Below are positions 21,444 through 32,055 of a stretch of 64,000 nucleotides of DNA, one piece after another. The notes under the pieces were generated by a model. That model had not been told where the DNA came from, searched no databases, and worked only from the letters and a program-made list of their open reading frames with translations. How positions within the stretch are numbered: position 1 is the first letter of the stretch; the number at the start of each line of letters is the position of its first letter. The translations under genes were made by a program, and so were the position numbers. This DNA is from an uncultured cyanobacterium. Lineage in GTDB: Bacteria; Cyanobacteriota; Cyanobacteriia; Cyanobacteriales; Nostocaceae. Location of the stretch: NCBI GenBank assembly GCA_963706595.1, contig OY970166.1:192001-256000 (forward strand), written 5' to 3'.

Positions 21444-22422
21444 TCGGTTTAATAGTGTTCTTGATAGTAAGATGCCTTTTTTGTCGGCTGCAATTGATCC
21501 GGTGCAGGTGGAAGAATGTTTTGGTGGGTGTTTGGCGATTGCTGAAAATATGCAATTGCAAAAAATTGAAGTTATTCGTCATAAGCCTGGACGGCGTTGT
21601 TTGATTGAATATGAATTTATTCATGATTCTGGGGAAATGATTACGCTGATTGGGAAGGTGAGGGCGAAGGGGACGGATTTTTATAGTTATAAGTTACAAA
21701 AGTCTTTGTGGGAATCGGGATTTGCTGATGATAGTGATGATGGGATTTCTGTCCCTGAACCTGTAGGGATAATTCCACAATGGCAGATGTGGTTACAGCG
21801 TAAAGTTGAAGGTGATATCGCTACTCGATTCCTCACACAAAATAGCAATATTTTACTAGCAAAACGAATTGCTGAAGCTGCTCATAAACTTCATCAAACT
21901 AACATTCCTCCTCGCCGTTCTCATACTATGTCAGACGAACTGCGAATTTTACATGAACGCATTTCATTAGTCATACAACAATATCCCGAATGGCAAGCAC
22001 GTTTAGAAAAAATCTTAGAAAAATGTGATCATTTAGGACAAGACACACCAGAAACAAAACGCTGTGGTATCCATCGTGATTTCTATCCGGATCAAGTGAT
22101 TATTAATAATTCTCGTTTATATCTCATCGACCTAGATTTATATTGTGAAGGTAATCCGGCGCTAGATATTGGTAACTATATTGGTCACATCAAAGAATAC
22201 AGCCTTCGCACCTTTGGTAATTCAGAAGCATTACACGAATGCGAAAAAACTCTAACTGAAAGATTTCTGCAACTAACAAACGATAAATTCCGTTTTGCTA
22301 TTGAAACTTACACCACCCTCACCTTAGTCAGACATATTCAAATCAGCACTCTATTTCCAGAACGCCGTTCTTTTACCGCAGCATTATTAAACCTATGCGA
22401 ACAGCGCCTGCATATTATTTAA
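21424..22422 (+). CDS. Aminoglycoside-phosphotransferase-like kinase
   Basis: HRDFYPDQV catalytic loop, IDLD, N-terminal RHKPGRRC; overlaps the ABC gene by 20 nt. Confidence 0.8.
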   Translation: MTVLVSDRFNSVLDSKMPFLSAAIDPVQVEECFGGCLAIAENMQLQKIEVIRHKPGRRCLIEYEFIHDSGEMITLIGKVRAKGTDFYSYKLQKSLWESGFADDSDDGISVPEPVGIIPQWQMWLQRKVEGDIATRFLTQNSNILLAKRIAEAAHKLHQTNIPPRRSHTMSDELRILHERISLVIQQYPEWQARLEKILEKCDHLGQDTPETKRCGIHRDFYPDQVIINNSRLYLIDLDLYCEGNPALDIGNYIGHIKEYSLRTFGNSEALHECEKTLTERFLQLTNDKFRFAIETYTTLTLVRHIQISTLFPERRSFTAALLNLCEQRLHII

Positions 22423-22524
22423 ACTCCCAATCTCTGAGACTCTGCGCCTGGTGCGTGACAAAAAATCCATATTATTTTCTCAGCAACAGTAATTATTTTA
22501 GTTTCTTACTTTCAGGAGAGAGAA

Positions 22525-24045
22525 TTGAGAGCTTCTAATTATTTCTTAAAAATTGGTTTAATTAGTTCCTTAGCTTTGCACAGCATAACTCTAGCCAATG
22601 CCAAAACCGCACTATCAGAACATCAGATAACATCTGTATCTCAATTGTCAGAAATTAGCACTAATAGTTGGGAATTTCAAACATTACGAGCATTAATTGA
22701 ACAATATAACTGTATTAATGATTTCCCTCAGAATAGCCATAAAACTCTAAACCGCTACCAATTTGCCGCAGAATTAAATACTTGCATTACGCAGATAAAT
22801 GAGCTAATTAAAAACATAAATTCAAATATTATTAATCAAGAAACTTTAACTACTATCCAACGATTACAAACAGAATTTTCGGCAGAATTAGTAACTCTAA
22901 AAAAACGAGTAGATTTATTAGAAAATCAAGTTGCTACACTGCAAACACAACAATTTTCACCCCAAGTTGAACTGGAAGGAGAGATTATTTTTGCTGTGAG
23001 TGGATTTGCTGGTGGTAAAAAAGCCAACAGTAGCGATAAGGGAATAAATGAGAATTTGGTATTTAGCGATCGCGTTCGTCTCTCCTTAGAAACTAGTTTT
23101 ACGGGAAAAGACGAAATGAAACTCCGCCTACAAGCGCGCAACACGCCAGAATTGGCAGATTTTACTGGAACTCAAATGGCAAATTTGGGATTTGATGGTG
23201 ATGATGACAATGAGGTGGAATTAGATGAACTAGAGTATAAATTTCCCCTCAGTCAGCAAACCCGCATGACTTTGTATGCTGTGGGAGGAGGATTAGGTGA
23301 CTTTGTTCCCACTGTCAATCCTCTGTTTAGCGGTAGTGGAGACGGATCAATTTCTACATTTGGGAGAGAAAACCCCATTCGCCGGCAAGGTGGTGGCGCA
23401 GGTATTGGTATTTCTCATAATTTCAGTGACAATCTCAATTTGTCATTAGGATATGTCACCAGCAATGCAGCTAATCCAGAAAAGGGGATTTTTGCTAGTC
23501 CTTACGGTGCGATCGCTCAACTTACCCTGGAACCGACTAAAAACACAGCAATCAGCTTTACCTATCTCCACTCTTACAATAATCTGAATACGGGAACTGG
23601 TAGTGAATTAACTGGGAATCCGTTTAATAATCAAGCCGATGCGATCGCTGCTCATTCCTTCGGTGCAGAAGCTGCTTGGCAACTTAACCCCAATTTCACC
23701 CTTGGTGGTCGAGTTGGTTTTATTCATGCAACAGCAGAAAATTTACCAGCCAACCCAAATGCCGTAATCTCCACATGGGCAGTACTGCTAGCTCTCACCG
23801 ATATTGGCAAAGAAGGGAACTTTGTCGGATTTGTAGTGGGACAACCACCTAAAGTGACTTATAATAGTTTCGGTGATACCTTTGAAGATGAAAATACATC
23901 TTTACATTTAGAAGTCTTTTACAACTTTCAACTCACAGATGATCTGGCAATAACTCCGGGATTATTTGTCATTACAAATCCAGAACATAATAATAGTAAT
24001 GACAAAATTTATGTTGGCACGGTTCGTACTACGTTTACCTTCTAA
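22525..24045 (+). CDS. Cyanobacterial outer-membrane porin (SLH + OprB-like barrel)
   Basis: Signal peptide, ITSVSQLS, SLH-like NRYQFAA, coiled coil, SFTGKD, C-terminal RTTFTF; TTG start with AGGAG RBS. Confidence 0.9.
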   Translation: MRASNYFLKIGLISSLALHSITLANAKTALSEHQITSVSQLSEISTNSWEFQTLRALIEQYNCINDFPQNSHKTLNRYQFAAELNTCITQINELIKNINSNIINQETLTTIQRLQTEFSAELVTLKKRVDLLENQVATLQTQQFSPQVELEGEIIFAVSGFAGGKKANSSDKGINENLVFSDRVRLSLETSFTGKDEMKLRLQARNTPELADFTGTQMANLGFDGDDDNEVELDELEYKFPLSQQTRMTLYAVGGGLGDFVPTVNPLFSGSGDGSISTFGRENPIRRQGGGAGIGISHNFSDNLNLSLGYVTSNAANPEKGIFASPYGAIAQLTLEPTKNTAISFTYLHSYNNLNTGTGSELTGNPFNNQADAIAAHSFGAEAAWQLNPNFTLGGRVGFIHATAENLPANPNAVISTWAVLLALTDIGKEGNFVGFVVGQPPKVTYNSFGDTFEDENTSLHLEVFYNFQLTDDLAITPGLFVITNPEHNNSNDKIYVGTVRTTFTF

Positions 24046-24131
24046 GAATAGGACATCATAATTTTATCGCAGTAGTAAAACTTGCTTTAGTTGTCGTGAT
24101 AAAAAAATATCTCTGTCACTCTCTCAAAGAA

Positions 24132-24222
24132 TATAGCAACCGCCAAGGAGGTTAAGACATAAACGGATAATCAAACTTAGACACCACTCGGCTTTTAACC
24201 CACTCCCCACTCCCCAGCTATA
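24132..24222. repeat. Dispersed repeat/MITE-like element with STRR end
   Basis: tatagcaaccgccaagg...cccactccccactccccagctata; TATAGC/GCTATA ends. Confidence 0.5.
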
Positions 24223-24346
24223 TGTGAGCTTAATCGAACTGTGCAAATAGGAAGAAAAAGCAGACAATTGTGAGCAATTGTCTGCTTTTCTGGATCGAAT
24301 AGCTTGAGCATCCCTACAGTTATTCAGATATTCAGACAAAAAGGGG

Positions 24347-25708
24347 TCAATTACCCAAATTCAGAGTCTTCGCAATCACTGCCAAACTTTCCTCAAAAAG
24401 TGACTCCCGACCCCAACGCTGTACCTGTTGACTCAGCAAAGCTTCAGCTTTTTGTTCCGAAAGCGAACCCACCTGTTGAAACAGACCAGCAGCTTGTGCG
24501 CCACCGTGAGTTTCCATTCGCATACAACCGCCAGTTTCCGAACAAATTACCGTACCACAATCAGCTTCCAAATTTGTCGAACTCAGGCGCAGAGCAATTA
24601 CATCACCCAGAACTTCACCCACATCAGCCACAGGAACACCCGCTAACTCAGCTTCCACTTGACGCTGGTCTTGGGAAACAAAACGAATTTGAGTGATTTC
24701 ATAATCTCCAGTTTCCTTTTTATAAGAAACTGGCGACCATTCCAAACGACTCGCCAACCAACCCAAAAACAGCAAAGCTTGGGCGGGATTGCCTTTTTCA
24801 TAATCAATCGTCACCCGGTCAATTTCTTTGAGTGCAGCGCGACGATGGGGTGAGTCATAAGCTTGAGCCGTCAATTCTTGCCATGCTGACAACCGTCTCC
24901 AGTTCAAATCAGCTAAGGGGATATTAGCTTTTACCAACTCTTGCAGACTGAGTAAATCAGTTTCAGGCTCGTTAAAGTCGCAAGAATCAACAATCACATT
25001 ATTGCAGATTCCCGCCAATCTTTTGAATAGATTGTTATTGGGGTCTGGTGTCGCCTTCCACCAGAGAAACTTTGGCAAACCGCCAATTAATAAAGCCGGA
25101 ATCATACCTCCTACTCGTTCCAAAGCAGCAGCAGTTCCACTCAAAGTAATGTATTCACAACATACAAGTGTACTTGACGATTGCTTTTGAATCGGACAGT
25201 AGGCAGAAACTTGAGCTTTTACCCCTTCATCTTCCCCAGCAATGGGGAACAAAGCAATAATCCGGCAGGGATTACGCAGCGCAATTTCATCAGCAATAGT
25301 AGGACTAGCGGGACTGAAGTTATAAGAAGCCCCGTCTCCCGCACCCCCCATTCCCTGACGTTTGGCGAATTCTTCCCGCAATACAGCCAGCGTTTCCGGT
25401 GAAGCTGTGCCAGTTTCCGGTAGCCCATATTTAACTTGTACTTGCCGTAAAGCCGCCGCCATTTGTGGACCGACAATACCATCAATCGGTCCTTCATAAA
25501 ACCCCAAAGCCGCTAACAGATATTGAGTTTCTTCTGGTTCGTAAACCACTAGAGTAAAAGTTGTCGCCCTAGTAGCAGCAGGAAGCCCACCGTCATCACC
25601 AGTAATACCGTAACTTTGCCAAATTTGATTCAGTTCCGTTTCTATTTCGTTCAGCGAAATATCCTTTGGTGCCTGAAGTGAAAAAATTGTAGGTGCTTGG
25701 GAAATCAT
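24347..25708 (-). CDS. opcA: Glucose-6-phosphate dehydrogenase assembly/activator protein OpcA
   Basis: Downstream of zwf; peptidoglycan-binding-like insert; DLNWRRL, LGWLASRL. Confidence 0.93.
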   Translation of the reverse strand: MISQAPTIFSLQAPKDISLNEIETELNQIWQSYGITGDDGGLPAATRATTFTLVVYEPEETQYLLAALGFYEGPIDGIVGPQMAAALRQVQVKYGLPETGTASPETLAVLREEFAKRQGMGGAGDGASYNFSPASPTIADEIALRNPCRIIALFPIAGEDEGVKAQVSAYCPIQKQSSSTLVCCEYITLSGTAAALERVGGMIPALLIGGLPKFLWWKATPDPNNNLFKRLAGICNNVIVDSCDFNEPETDLLSLQELVKANIPLADLNWRRLSAWQELTAQAYDSPHRRAALKEIDRVTIDYEKGNPAQALLFLGWLASRLEWSPVSYKKETGDYEITQIRFVSQDQRQVEAELAGVPVADVGEVLGDVIALRLSSTNLEADCGTVICSETGGCMRMETHGGAQAAGLFQQVGSLSEQKAEALLSQQVQRWGRESLFEESLAVIAKTLNLGN

Positions 25709-25716
25709 AGTAGTTT

Positions 25717-25818
25717 AGTCATTGGTCATTGGTCATTGGTCATCGGTCATCGGTCATCGGTCATTGGTCATCGGTCATTTATTTTTACTAATGACTAATG
25801 ACTAATAACTAATGACTC
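25717..25818. repeat. Heptamer STRR arrays (ggtcatt/ggtcatc and tgactaa)
   Basis: Tandem heptamers fill the zwf-opcA spacer. Confidence 0.9.
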
Positions 25819-25822
25819 ATTT

Positions 25823-27352
25823 CTACAGTCTGCGCCAGTTACGACCGTCTTGGTTAATTAACAATTCCGCTTCTGCGGGTTCCCAAGTACCGGCTTCATA
25901 CCGAGGAATGGTAGCTGGGTCTGTGGGCGTATCCCAAACAGAAAGCGCCGGAGTTACTATTTGCCAAGCGGCTTCAACTTCATCCGCCCGTGTAAACAAA
26001 GTTTGATCGCCCATCATACAATCAAGAAACAGGCGGTCATAGGCATCAGAAGTTGCTTGAATACCAAAGGAACCATAACTAAAGTCCATATCCACAGAAC
26101 GAGTCCGGAATTCTGCCCCTGGCATTTTCACATCAAAACGCAAAGAAATTCCTTCATTCGGTTGAATCCGCATTGCTAAAATGTTGGCATTTCGCTGTTG
26201 AGAAGCAGATTGAAACATCCGAGAAGGAACATCGCGGAAGTGAATGGAAATTTCACTGACTTTTTTCGGCATCCGCTTACCTGTCCGTAGGTAAAAAGGA
26301 ACACCCTGCCAGCGCCAGTTGTCAACCATAAACTTCATGGCTACATAGGTTGGTGTCCCAGAATTAGGGTCAACTCCCGGCTCATCGTGATAGCCTGGAA
26401 CTTGCTTACCCTTCATCCAGCCGCCACTATATTGACCGCGCACTGCTGAACGTGACAGATTGGGAACATCAGCCAAACGGGTAGCTTGCAGTACCTTAAC
26501 TTTTTCCGTGCGGATGCTATCGGCATCCATTGAGTTAGGTGCTTCCATTGCCGTCAAGCAATACAGTTGCATGAGGTGATTTTGCAACATATCCCTGAGT
26601 GCGCCGGCTTGTTCATAGTAACCAGCCCGGTCTTCTACCCCTACGGTTTCAGCTACAGTAATTTGTACGTGGTCAACAAATTGACGATTCCACAACGGTT
26701 CAAATATGGCATTAGCGAAGCGGAATACGAGCAAATTCTGAACGGTTTCTTTACCTAAGTAGTGGTCAATCCGATAGACTTGATTTTCTTTGCAATATTT
26801 CTGCACCACTTGGTTCAGACTTTGAGCTGATGCTAAGTCTCGACCAAAGGGTTTTTCAATTACCAGACGATGCTTGTAGGGGTCGTCTAGCATTCCGCCT
26901 CCCCCTAGTTGTCTGATGGCTTCAGGAAAGAAGTTAGGGGCGACGGAGAGGTAGAACATCCGGTTTCCCCGTGTGTTCCGTTTTTCGTCTAATTCGGTTA
27001 ACAGGGTTTTGAGCTTTTGATAGCTTTCCGGTTTGTCTATGTCTCCAGGACAGTAAAATAAACCTTTAGAGAAGTCTTGCCAAAGTTCTCCTAAAGGGAC
27101 ACTAGCATGAGCTTCTTCCATGCCCTTTTGCATTTGTTCCCGAAAATAGTCGTGAGTCCATTCTCGACGTGCCACGCCGACAATAGTCGTCTCTGGTGGG
27201 ATGCGTCCTTCACGCCGCAATTTGTAAAGCGCTGGCACTAATTTACGCCAGGTGAGGTCGCCAGAAGCGCCAAAGATGACTATAATTTGGGGTTCGGGCA
27301 TCCCTTGCTGTTGCAGACCAACGCGCAAGGGATTTTCTAGCAAACTAACCAT
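25823..27352 (-). CDS. zwf: Glucose-6-phosphate 1-dehydrogenase
   Basis: [26 protein letters not shown]. Confidence 0.97.
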   Translation of the reverse strand: MVSLLENPLRVGLQQQGMPEPQIIVIFGASGDLTWRKLVPALYKLRREGRIPPETTIVGVARREWTHDYFREQMQKGMEEAHASVPLGELWQDFSKGLFYCPGDIDKPESYQKLKTLLTELDEKRNTRGNRMFYLSVAPNFFPEAIRQLGGGGMLDDPYKHRLVIEKPFGRDLASAQSLNQVVQKYCKENQVYRIDHYLGKETVQNLLVFRFANAIFEPLWNRQFVDHVQITVAETVGVEDRAGYYEQAGALRDMLQNHLMQLYCLTAMEAPNSMDADSIRTEKVKVLQATRLADVPNLSRSAVRGQYSGGWMKGKQVPGYHDEPGVDPNSGTPTYVAMKFMVDNWRWQGVPFYLRTGKRMPKKVSEISIHFRDVPSRMFQSASQQRNANILAMRIQPNEGISLRFDVKMPGAEFRTRSVDMDFSYGSFGIQATSDAYDRLFLDCMMGDQTLFTRADEVEAAWQIVTPALSVWDTPTDPATIPRYEAGTWEPAEAELLINQDGRNWRRL

Positions 27353-27429
27353 AGAAGTTTTCAGTGGGGTGTGGTGTGTTAATTAGACGCTTTAAAATTG
27401 CGTCTACAAAAGAGTTGTGTGTTTAGGGT

Positions 27430-28575
27430 CTACACTGGCGACAATAACTTGACTTTGTTTTCTAAAGAGTTCATCAAGGACTCGTAAGGTTTAACGAATT
27501 TGTCTATCCCTTCAACTAATAGTTCCTCCATGACCACATTTAGGTCAATGTTAATGTCTGGATCTTTGAGGCTTTCCATCAGTTGGTAAGCTTCTTCAAC
27601 GCCTGTTTCTAAGCGATTAGCGATATCGCAATGGTCAGCACAAGCGGCAATTGTCGCCGGTGGTAAGGTGTTAACGGTGTCGGGTCCAATTAACTCTTCA
27701 ACATACATGACATCTTTGTATTTTGGGTCTTTGGTGCTGGTGCTAGCCCAAAGTAACCGTTGTACTTTAGCTCCTTTGGCTGCTAAGGATTGCCATCTCT
27801 CGCTTTGAATAATTTTTTTGTATTCCTGGTAGGCAATTTTAGCGTTAGCGATCGCCACTTTCCCCCTCACAGCTTGCAGTTTTGCCTCGTGGGAGATATC
27901 ATCAATACCACGCTTCAATTTGGCATCAATTTTGGCATCAACGTTACTATCAATGCGACTGAGAAAAAAGCTAGCCACGGCAGCAATTGTGCTAATATCT
28001 TTACCCTGTGCTAACCGTTTTTCTAAGCCACACATATAAGCCTCTACTGTGTTGATGTAGCTATCGACTGAAAATAACAGCGTGGTATTAATATTAATAC
28101 CTTCCGCGATCGCCTGTTCTACTGCTGGTAAACCAGCTGCTGTCCCAGGAATTTTCACCATCAAATTTTCCCGCCCAATTTCTTGGAAATAGCGCCGGGC
28201 TTCAGCTATTGATGCTTCAGTATCATGAGCGATGGTGGGTGGTACTTCTATACTAACGTAACCATCCAGTCTATTCGATGCTTCATATACGGGGCGCAGA
28301 AGATCACAAGCGTTGCGAATATCTGCAAAAACGAGGGATTCGTAAATTTTGTATGTGGGTAATCCAGCGCGAATACCAGCTTCGATATCGGCATCATACA
28401 TCGCATTGTTAGATATGGCCTTTTCAAAGATGGCTGGATTAGAAGTAATCCCAGATATACCCTGATTTTCTACCAAGTCTTTGAGTTCACCTGATTGAAT
28501 AACCTCACGGTTCAAGTTATCCATCCAGATACTTTGACCATGTTGTTTAATTTCTAGTAAATGATTGGTCGCCAT
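27430..28575 (-). CDS. tal: Transaldolase
   Basis: GITSNPAIF, VSIEV, VKIPGT, SFFLSRID, RLLWAST. Confidence 0.96.
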   Translation of the reverse strand: MATNHLLEIKQHGQSIWMDNLNREVIQSGELKDLVENQGISGITSNPAIFEKAISNNAMYDADIEAGIRAGLPTYKIYESLVFADIRNACDLLRPVYEASNRLDGYVSIEVPPTIAHDTEASIAEARRYFQEIGRENLMVKIPGTAAGLPAVEQAIAEGININTTLLFSVDSYINTVEAYMCGLEKRLAQGKDISTIAAVASFFLSRIDSNVDAKIDAKLKRGIDDISHEAKLQAVRGKVAIANAKIAYQEYKKIIQSERWQSLAAKGAKVQRLLWASTSTKDPKYKDVMYVEELIGPDTVNTLPPATIAACADHCDIANRLETGVEEAYQLMESLKDPDINIDLNVVMEELLVEGIDKFVKPYESLMNSLENKVKLLSPV

Positions 28576-28862
28576 AGCTCTAGTTTTACTCCTGTTAATG
28601 ATGTTTCAAAGTGAAAGAACGCGAAATACATCTTCGTGTTGATGCTTACTGTTGAATTGTGGCGTTACTAATCACTTATGACATCGACCAGCTGAGGTAA
28701 TCTTTAATTCATCACCAGGGCTATTGTGCATCCCCAATCCCAGATATTATTCAATAACACAGCCAAAATAACTTCTCATTACTGGTAGAGTGTCAACCTA
28801 TCTCATACAGCACCGTGTCCATAAACAACCCCTTACCAGTCAACGAAACGCTTGTAGTGTCG

Positions 28863-28944
28863 GAATTACGAATTACGAATTACGAATTACGAATTACGAA
28901 TTACGAATTACGAATTACGAATTACGAATTACGAATTACGAATT
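28863..28944. repeat. Heptamer STRR (gaattac), about 11.7 copies
   Basis: Perfect tandem array downstream of fbp. Confidence 0.95.
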
Positions 28945-28959
28945 TCGCCCTGCGGCGGG

Positions 28960-30009
28960 TTAGTGTCCGTTTTGAGTAAAAGACTCCACCTTGGCTACAT
29001 CTTCTTTACTACCAATAATTAAAGGTGTGCGTTGATGCAATTTCTTGGGTACTACATCCAAAATATCTACCAATCCTGTAGTCGCACGACCACCAGCTTG
29101 TTCAATCAACATAGCCAAAGGAGCAGATTCATAAAGCAAGCGCAACTTACCTTCTGGGGTTTGAATTGTGCCTGGATAGAGAAAAACGCCGCCTTGAACT
29201 AAAATTCGATGGATATCACTCACCATCGCGCCACTGTAACGAGCCGTATAACCTTCAGTCCGATGGACGTAGCGGATATATTCCCGCATTGATTCTTCCC
29301 ACTGCCAAAAATTCCCTTCGTTCACGCTGTAAACAGAACCGTGGTTAGGAATTGTGATATTTTCTTCCGAGAGGATAAATTCCCCTAAACTAGGATCAAG
29401 GGTAAAAGAATGAACGCCATTACCCATAGTATAGACCAGCATGGTGCTAGGGCCATACAGGATATATCCGGCCGCGATTTGCTTGCGTCCGTTGGTCAGG
29501 AGGTCAGTGGCTTTGTGATCAATATCATCACCTTGTTGTTGACGAATAGCGAAAATCGAACCCAAACTCAGATTAGTATCGGTATTCGATGAACCATCAA
29601 TAGGATCATAGAGCAAGGTATAGCGACCAATGGGGCAGTTTTCCGGGATGTAATATGGTTCTTCCATTTCCTCGGAAGCTAGGCGACACACTAAACCGCT
29701 TTGCTTAAACACTGAGATAAATACGTCATTGGCATAGACATCCATCTTTTTGACAGATTCGCCTTGAACATTCACATCTCCAGAAAATCCCAGCACACCT
29801 TCCATTAAACCAGCGCGGCTGAGGCGACGAGCCACCAGCTTACCCGCCAAAGCGATGCGATTCATCAGCGCGCTCAAATCCTGTGCATCTGCTCCAAAAC
29901 TTTGCATTTGCTGGAGTACGTGACGCGATAACGTTGTACAATCACGATCTAAGTTTTTATCTGTGGCATCATTCATAGACAAATCTAGAGATTCTGGCGC
30001 TTGAGTCAT
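28960..30009 (-). CDS. fbp: Fructose-1,6-bisphosphatase class 1
   Basis: [25 protein letters not shown]; first gene of fbp-tal-zwf-opcA. Confidence 0.96.
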   Translation of the reverse strand: MTQAPESLDLSMNDATDKNLDRDCTTLSRHVLQQMQSFGADAQDLSALMNRIALAGKLVARRLSRAGLMEGVLGFSGDVNVQGESVKKMDVYANDVFISVFKQSGLVCRLASEEMEEPYYIPENCPIGRYTLLYDPIDGSSNTDTNLSLGSIFAIRQQQGDDIDHKATDLLTNGRKQIAAGYILYGPSTMLVYTMGNGVHSFTLDPSLGEFILSEENITIPNHGSVYSVNEGNFWQWEESMREYIRYVHRTEGYTARYSGAMVSDIHRILVQGGVFLYPGTIQTPEGKLRLLYESAPLAMLIEQAGGRATTGLVDILDVVPKKLHQRTPLIIGSKEDVAKVESFTQNGH

Positions 30010-30185
30010 TTTTGTTATTCCCTAGCTTTTTGCTTATGGGTCAGGTTTATCAATGGCAATTTTTAATTGCTGCCTCTATCTTAGAAAGGTATTTTGATAT
30101 CTTAAATATGATTTTAGATAAACTAAAGAATTCAAATTTTGGGGCGGCTTTTCCAGTAACCGCAAAGGCGCGACGATTTCCAGTC

Positions 30186-30623
30186 TTATTGATCATCGGG
30201 AAATACTGAGATCGCAGCCATTGCTCGGTGGCAAATGTCTTGTTTGTTTACCATCTGCTGAAGCTCAGATGATTCGTATTGACCTTCATTAATTTCTAAA
30301 GATGCTTGGTTAATTGCTTGACGGTATGCGCTTTCTAGAGATTCACGGAGTTCGCAATCATCAAGGTATGTGCCTTTAGATTTGAGACGAGCATTCAAGT
30401 CTTGAATTTCTAAAATCGCATTTCGGATCGATACATCCCAAGACCGCGTTGTGCGTTTTTCTATTTCTTGCTTGATCAAGTGCAAAAGCAGGATGATGCC
30501 ATAACTACGAATTTTATTCAGAATATCCTTTTTGCTCATCTCCTCCATTTCATCAATCATCAATAGCGCACTTGATATGTTGCCTTGTTTTAGTAATTCG
30601 CGCAATTCTCTAAGTTCTTCCAT
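30186..30623 (-). CDS. DUF29-like protein
   Basis: EEMSK..LLLHLIK..RSWDVSI..AY pattern. Confidence 0.7.
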   Translation of the reverse strand: MEELRELRELLKQGNISSALLMIDEMEEMSKKDILNKIRSYGIILLLHLIKQEIEKRTTRSWDVSIRNAILEIQDLNARLKSKGTYLDDCELRESLESAYRQAINQASLEINEGQYESSELQQMVNKQDICHRAMAAISVFPDDQ

Positions 30624-30803
30624 CGGGACTTAACCTGCAACGCCAAAAGCTAGATATTACAGACAAATAAAAATGCCCGACTAGCCTCAAAATTTGCTGA
30701 CTGATGATAACTAGCCGGGTATATATATTATCTATAGCAAATTACAGCAAATTAATTTTGCTTAACTAGAAAACAATCTGCTATGGTTAGGCGCTTAACT
30801 TGA

Positions 30804-31103
30804 TTAAAAATCTTGTTTTTTACTCCAACTCCCTCCCCGACTATCTTCCCGTCGGTTATCCTCTCTGGGTTTGGCTTTATTGACTCTAAGTTGACGACCC
30901 ATCCATTCTGCACCATCTAACTCGGTGATAGCAGCGTCTTCTTGGGCATCTTCGTTCATTTCCACAAATGCAAAGCCACGCATCCGTCCTGTTTCGCGGT
31001 CAGTGGGTAAAACTACTCTTTTGACTTCGCCGTAGTCTGCAAATACAGACTTTAAGTCTTCTTCAGTAGCGCGGTAAGAGAGGTTTCCAACGTAAATAGT
31101 CAT
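30804..31103 (-). CDS. rbpD: RRM RNA-binding protein (RbpD-like, lacks a long Gly-rich tail)
   Basis: IYVGNL (RNP2), RGFAFVEM (RNP1); paralog assignment from memory of the Anabaena family. Confidence 0.8.
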   Translation of the reverse strand: MTIYVGNLSYRATEEDLKSVFADYGEVKRVVLPTDRETGRMRGFAFVEMNEDAQEDAAITELDGAEWMGRQLRVNKAKPREDNRREDSRGGSWSKKQDF

Positions 31104-31474
31104 TATGGGTCACGTAATTTTCAACAAAAAGCGATTAGTTCAGCTAGGCAAACAGATATAAACAAACTGCAAATATTGCATAGTCTGCTCTGACTCACCG
31201 ATGGCGAATGTTGTAGGACAGCGATTTCATGCTGGCTTTTGCTGCAACTAAAGATGCCAAGGGGCTGAACTTAGGCATACGCTCACATAATAACTGATTA
31301 TGAGATTTTTCAAAGTATGAGATTTTACAATATTTAATAACATTAAATTAAACGTTCTTATATGTTTGCTGTTATACATTTTTTAGATTTATATAACAAG
31401 TTAAAATTGTCTCTATAAGTATTTTGCTCAATTAAGACAAGTTGATAGGCAAGAATAGTAAAGGCGTAATAAAT

Positions 31475-31633
31475 GTAGTGGACTGACAAGCCTAAAATAG
31501 TGCATAAGCATAAATATTCTGGGGTAAGCTCCTGGTCCCCCCAGAACAGGCAAGACTTGTACTGAGCTTGTCGAAGTATGCCTGTTCCACAAGAAAAACA
31601 TAATGCATCATTTTAGCCTTGTCACGCCACTAC
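31475..31633. mobile_element. MITE-like element
   Basis: Terminal IR gtagtggactgacaagcctaaaat / attttagccttgtcacgccactac (21/24); internal actgagcttgtcgaagt also occurs at 55761. Confidence 0.75.
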
Positions 31634-31683
31634 AGTTTTTCTTTGTTAATCTGGGTTAATCTATTTTGAAATGTGCCGAAATT

Positions 31684-31899
31684 TCAATCAATGGAAATTT
31701 GCTGTGGCCCGTTAGCTTTGCCATTGTGGCTATTGCTTGGGGTAGTATAACCAGTTGAGTTGATTTGTTTATCTAGCCAGCTTTTTACGGGGTCATCCTT
31801 GAGGTTGAGTCGCAGCACGCCAGAGAAAAATCCCCCCATAAATGAAACTGGGTGCTTGGTCAATTCTTTAAATATTGGCGACAATTCGTCAATGAACAT
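31684..31899 (-). CDS. Small conserved cyanobacterial hypothetical protein
   Basis: 71 aa, F.GGF.SG.LRL.L..DPVKSWL and C-terminal GPQQISID; GGAG RBS. Confidence 0.7.
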   Translation of the reverse strand: MFIDELSPIFKELTKHPVSFMGGFFSGVLRLNLKDDPVKSWLDKQINSTGYTTPSNSHNGKANGPQQISID

Positions 31900-31946
31900 A
31901 TTTCAGCGTCTCCTGTTGTTTGAATTGATCCTAACCTGGAAAGTTG

Positions 31947-31971
31947 GAGACGCGATGAATCGCGTCTCTAC
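31947..31971. repeat. REP-like palindrome; related copies at 53091-53114 and 59785-59812
   Basis: gagacgcgatgaatcgcgtctctac: hairpin with a GTAG tetranucleotide on the reverse strand. Confidence 0.7.
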
Positions 31972-32055
31972 AAAGAAATGGGGAGAAAAAGAGGCCGGGG
32001 AGTTCCAAATCCCCCCTGCTCCCTGCTCCCTGCTCCCCTGCATCTTCCCCTATCT

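Noticed and set aside
21424..22422. Aminoglycoside resistance gene
   Set aside because: Only the fold is shared; the catalytic loop is atypical and the context is a glycosyltransferase operon
24304..27352. Several antisense and alternative-frame ORFs over opcA and zwf (also over nrdJ, the ATPase and glgP)
   Set aside because: Shadow ORFs of well-supported genes, with no motifs
28863..28944. Tandem arrays here and at 25717-25818 as possible CRISPR
   Set aside because: 7-bp units with no spacers and no cas genes; these are STRR repeats
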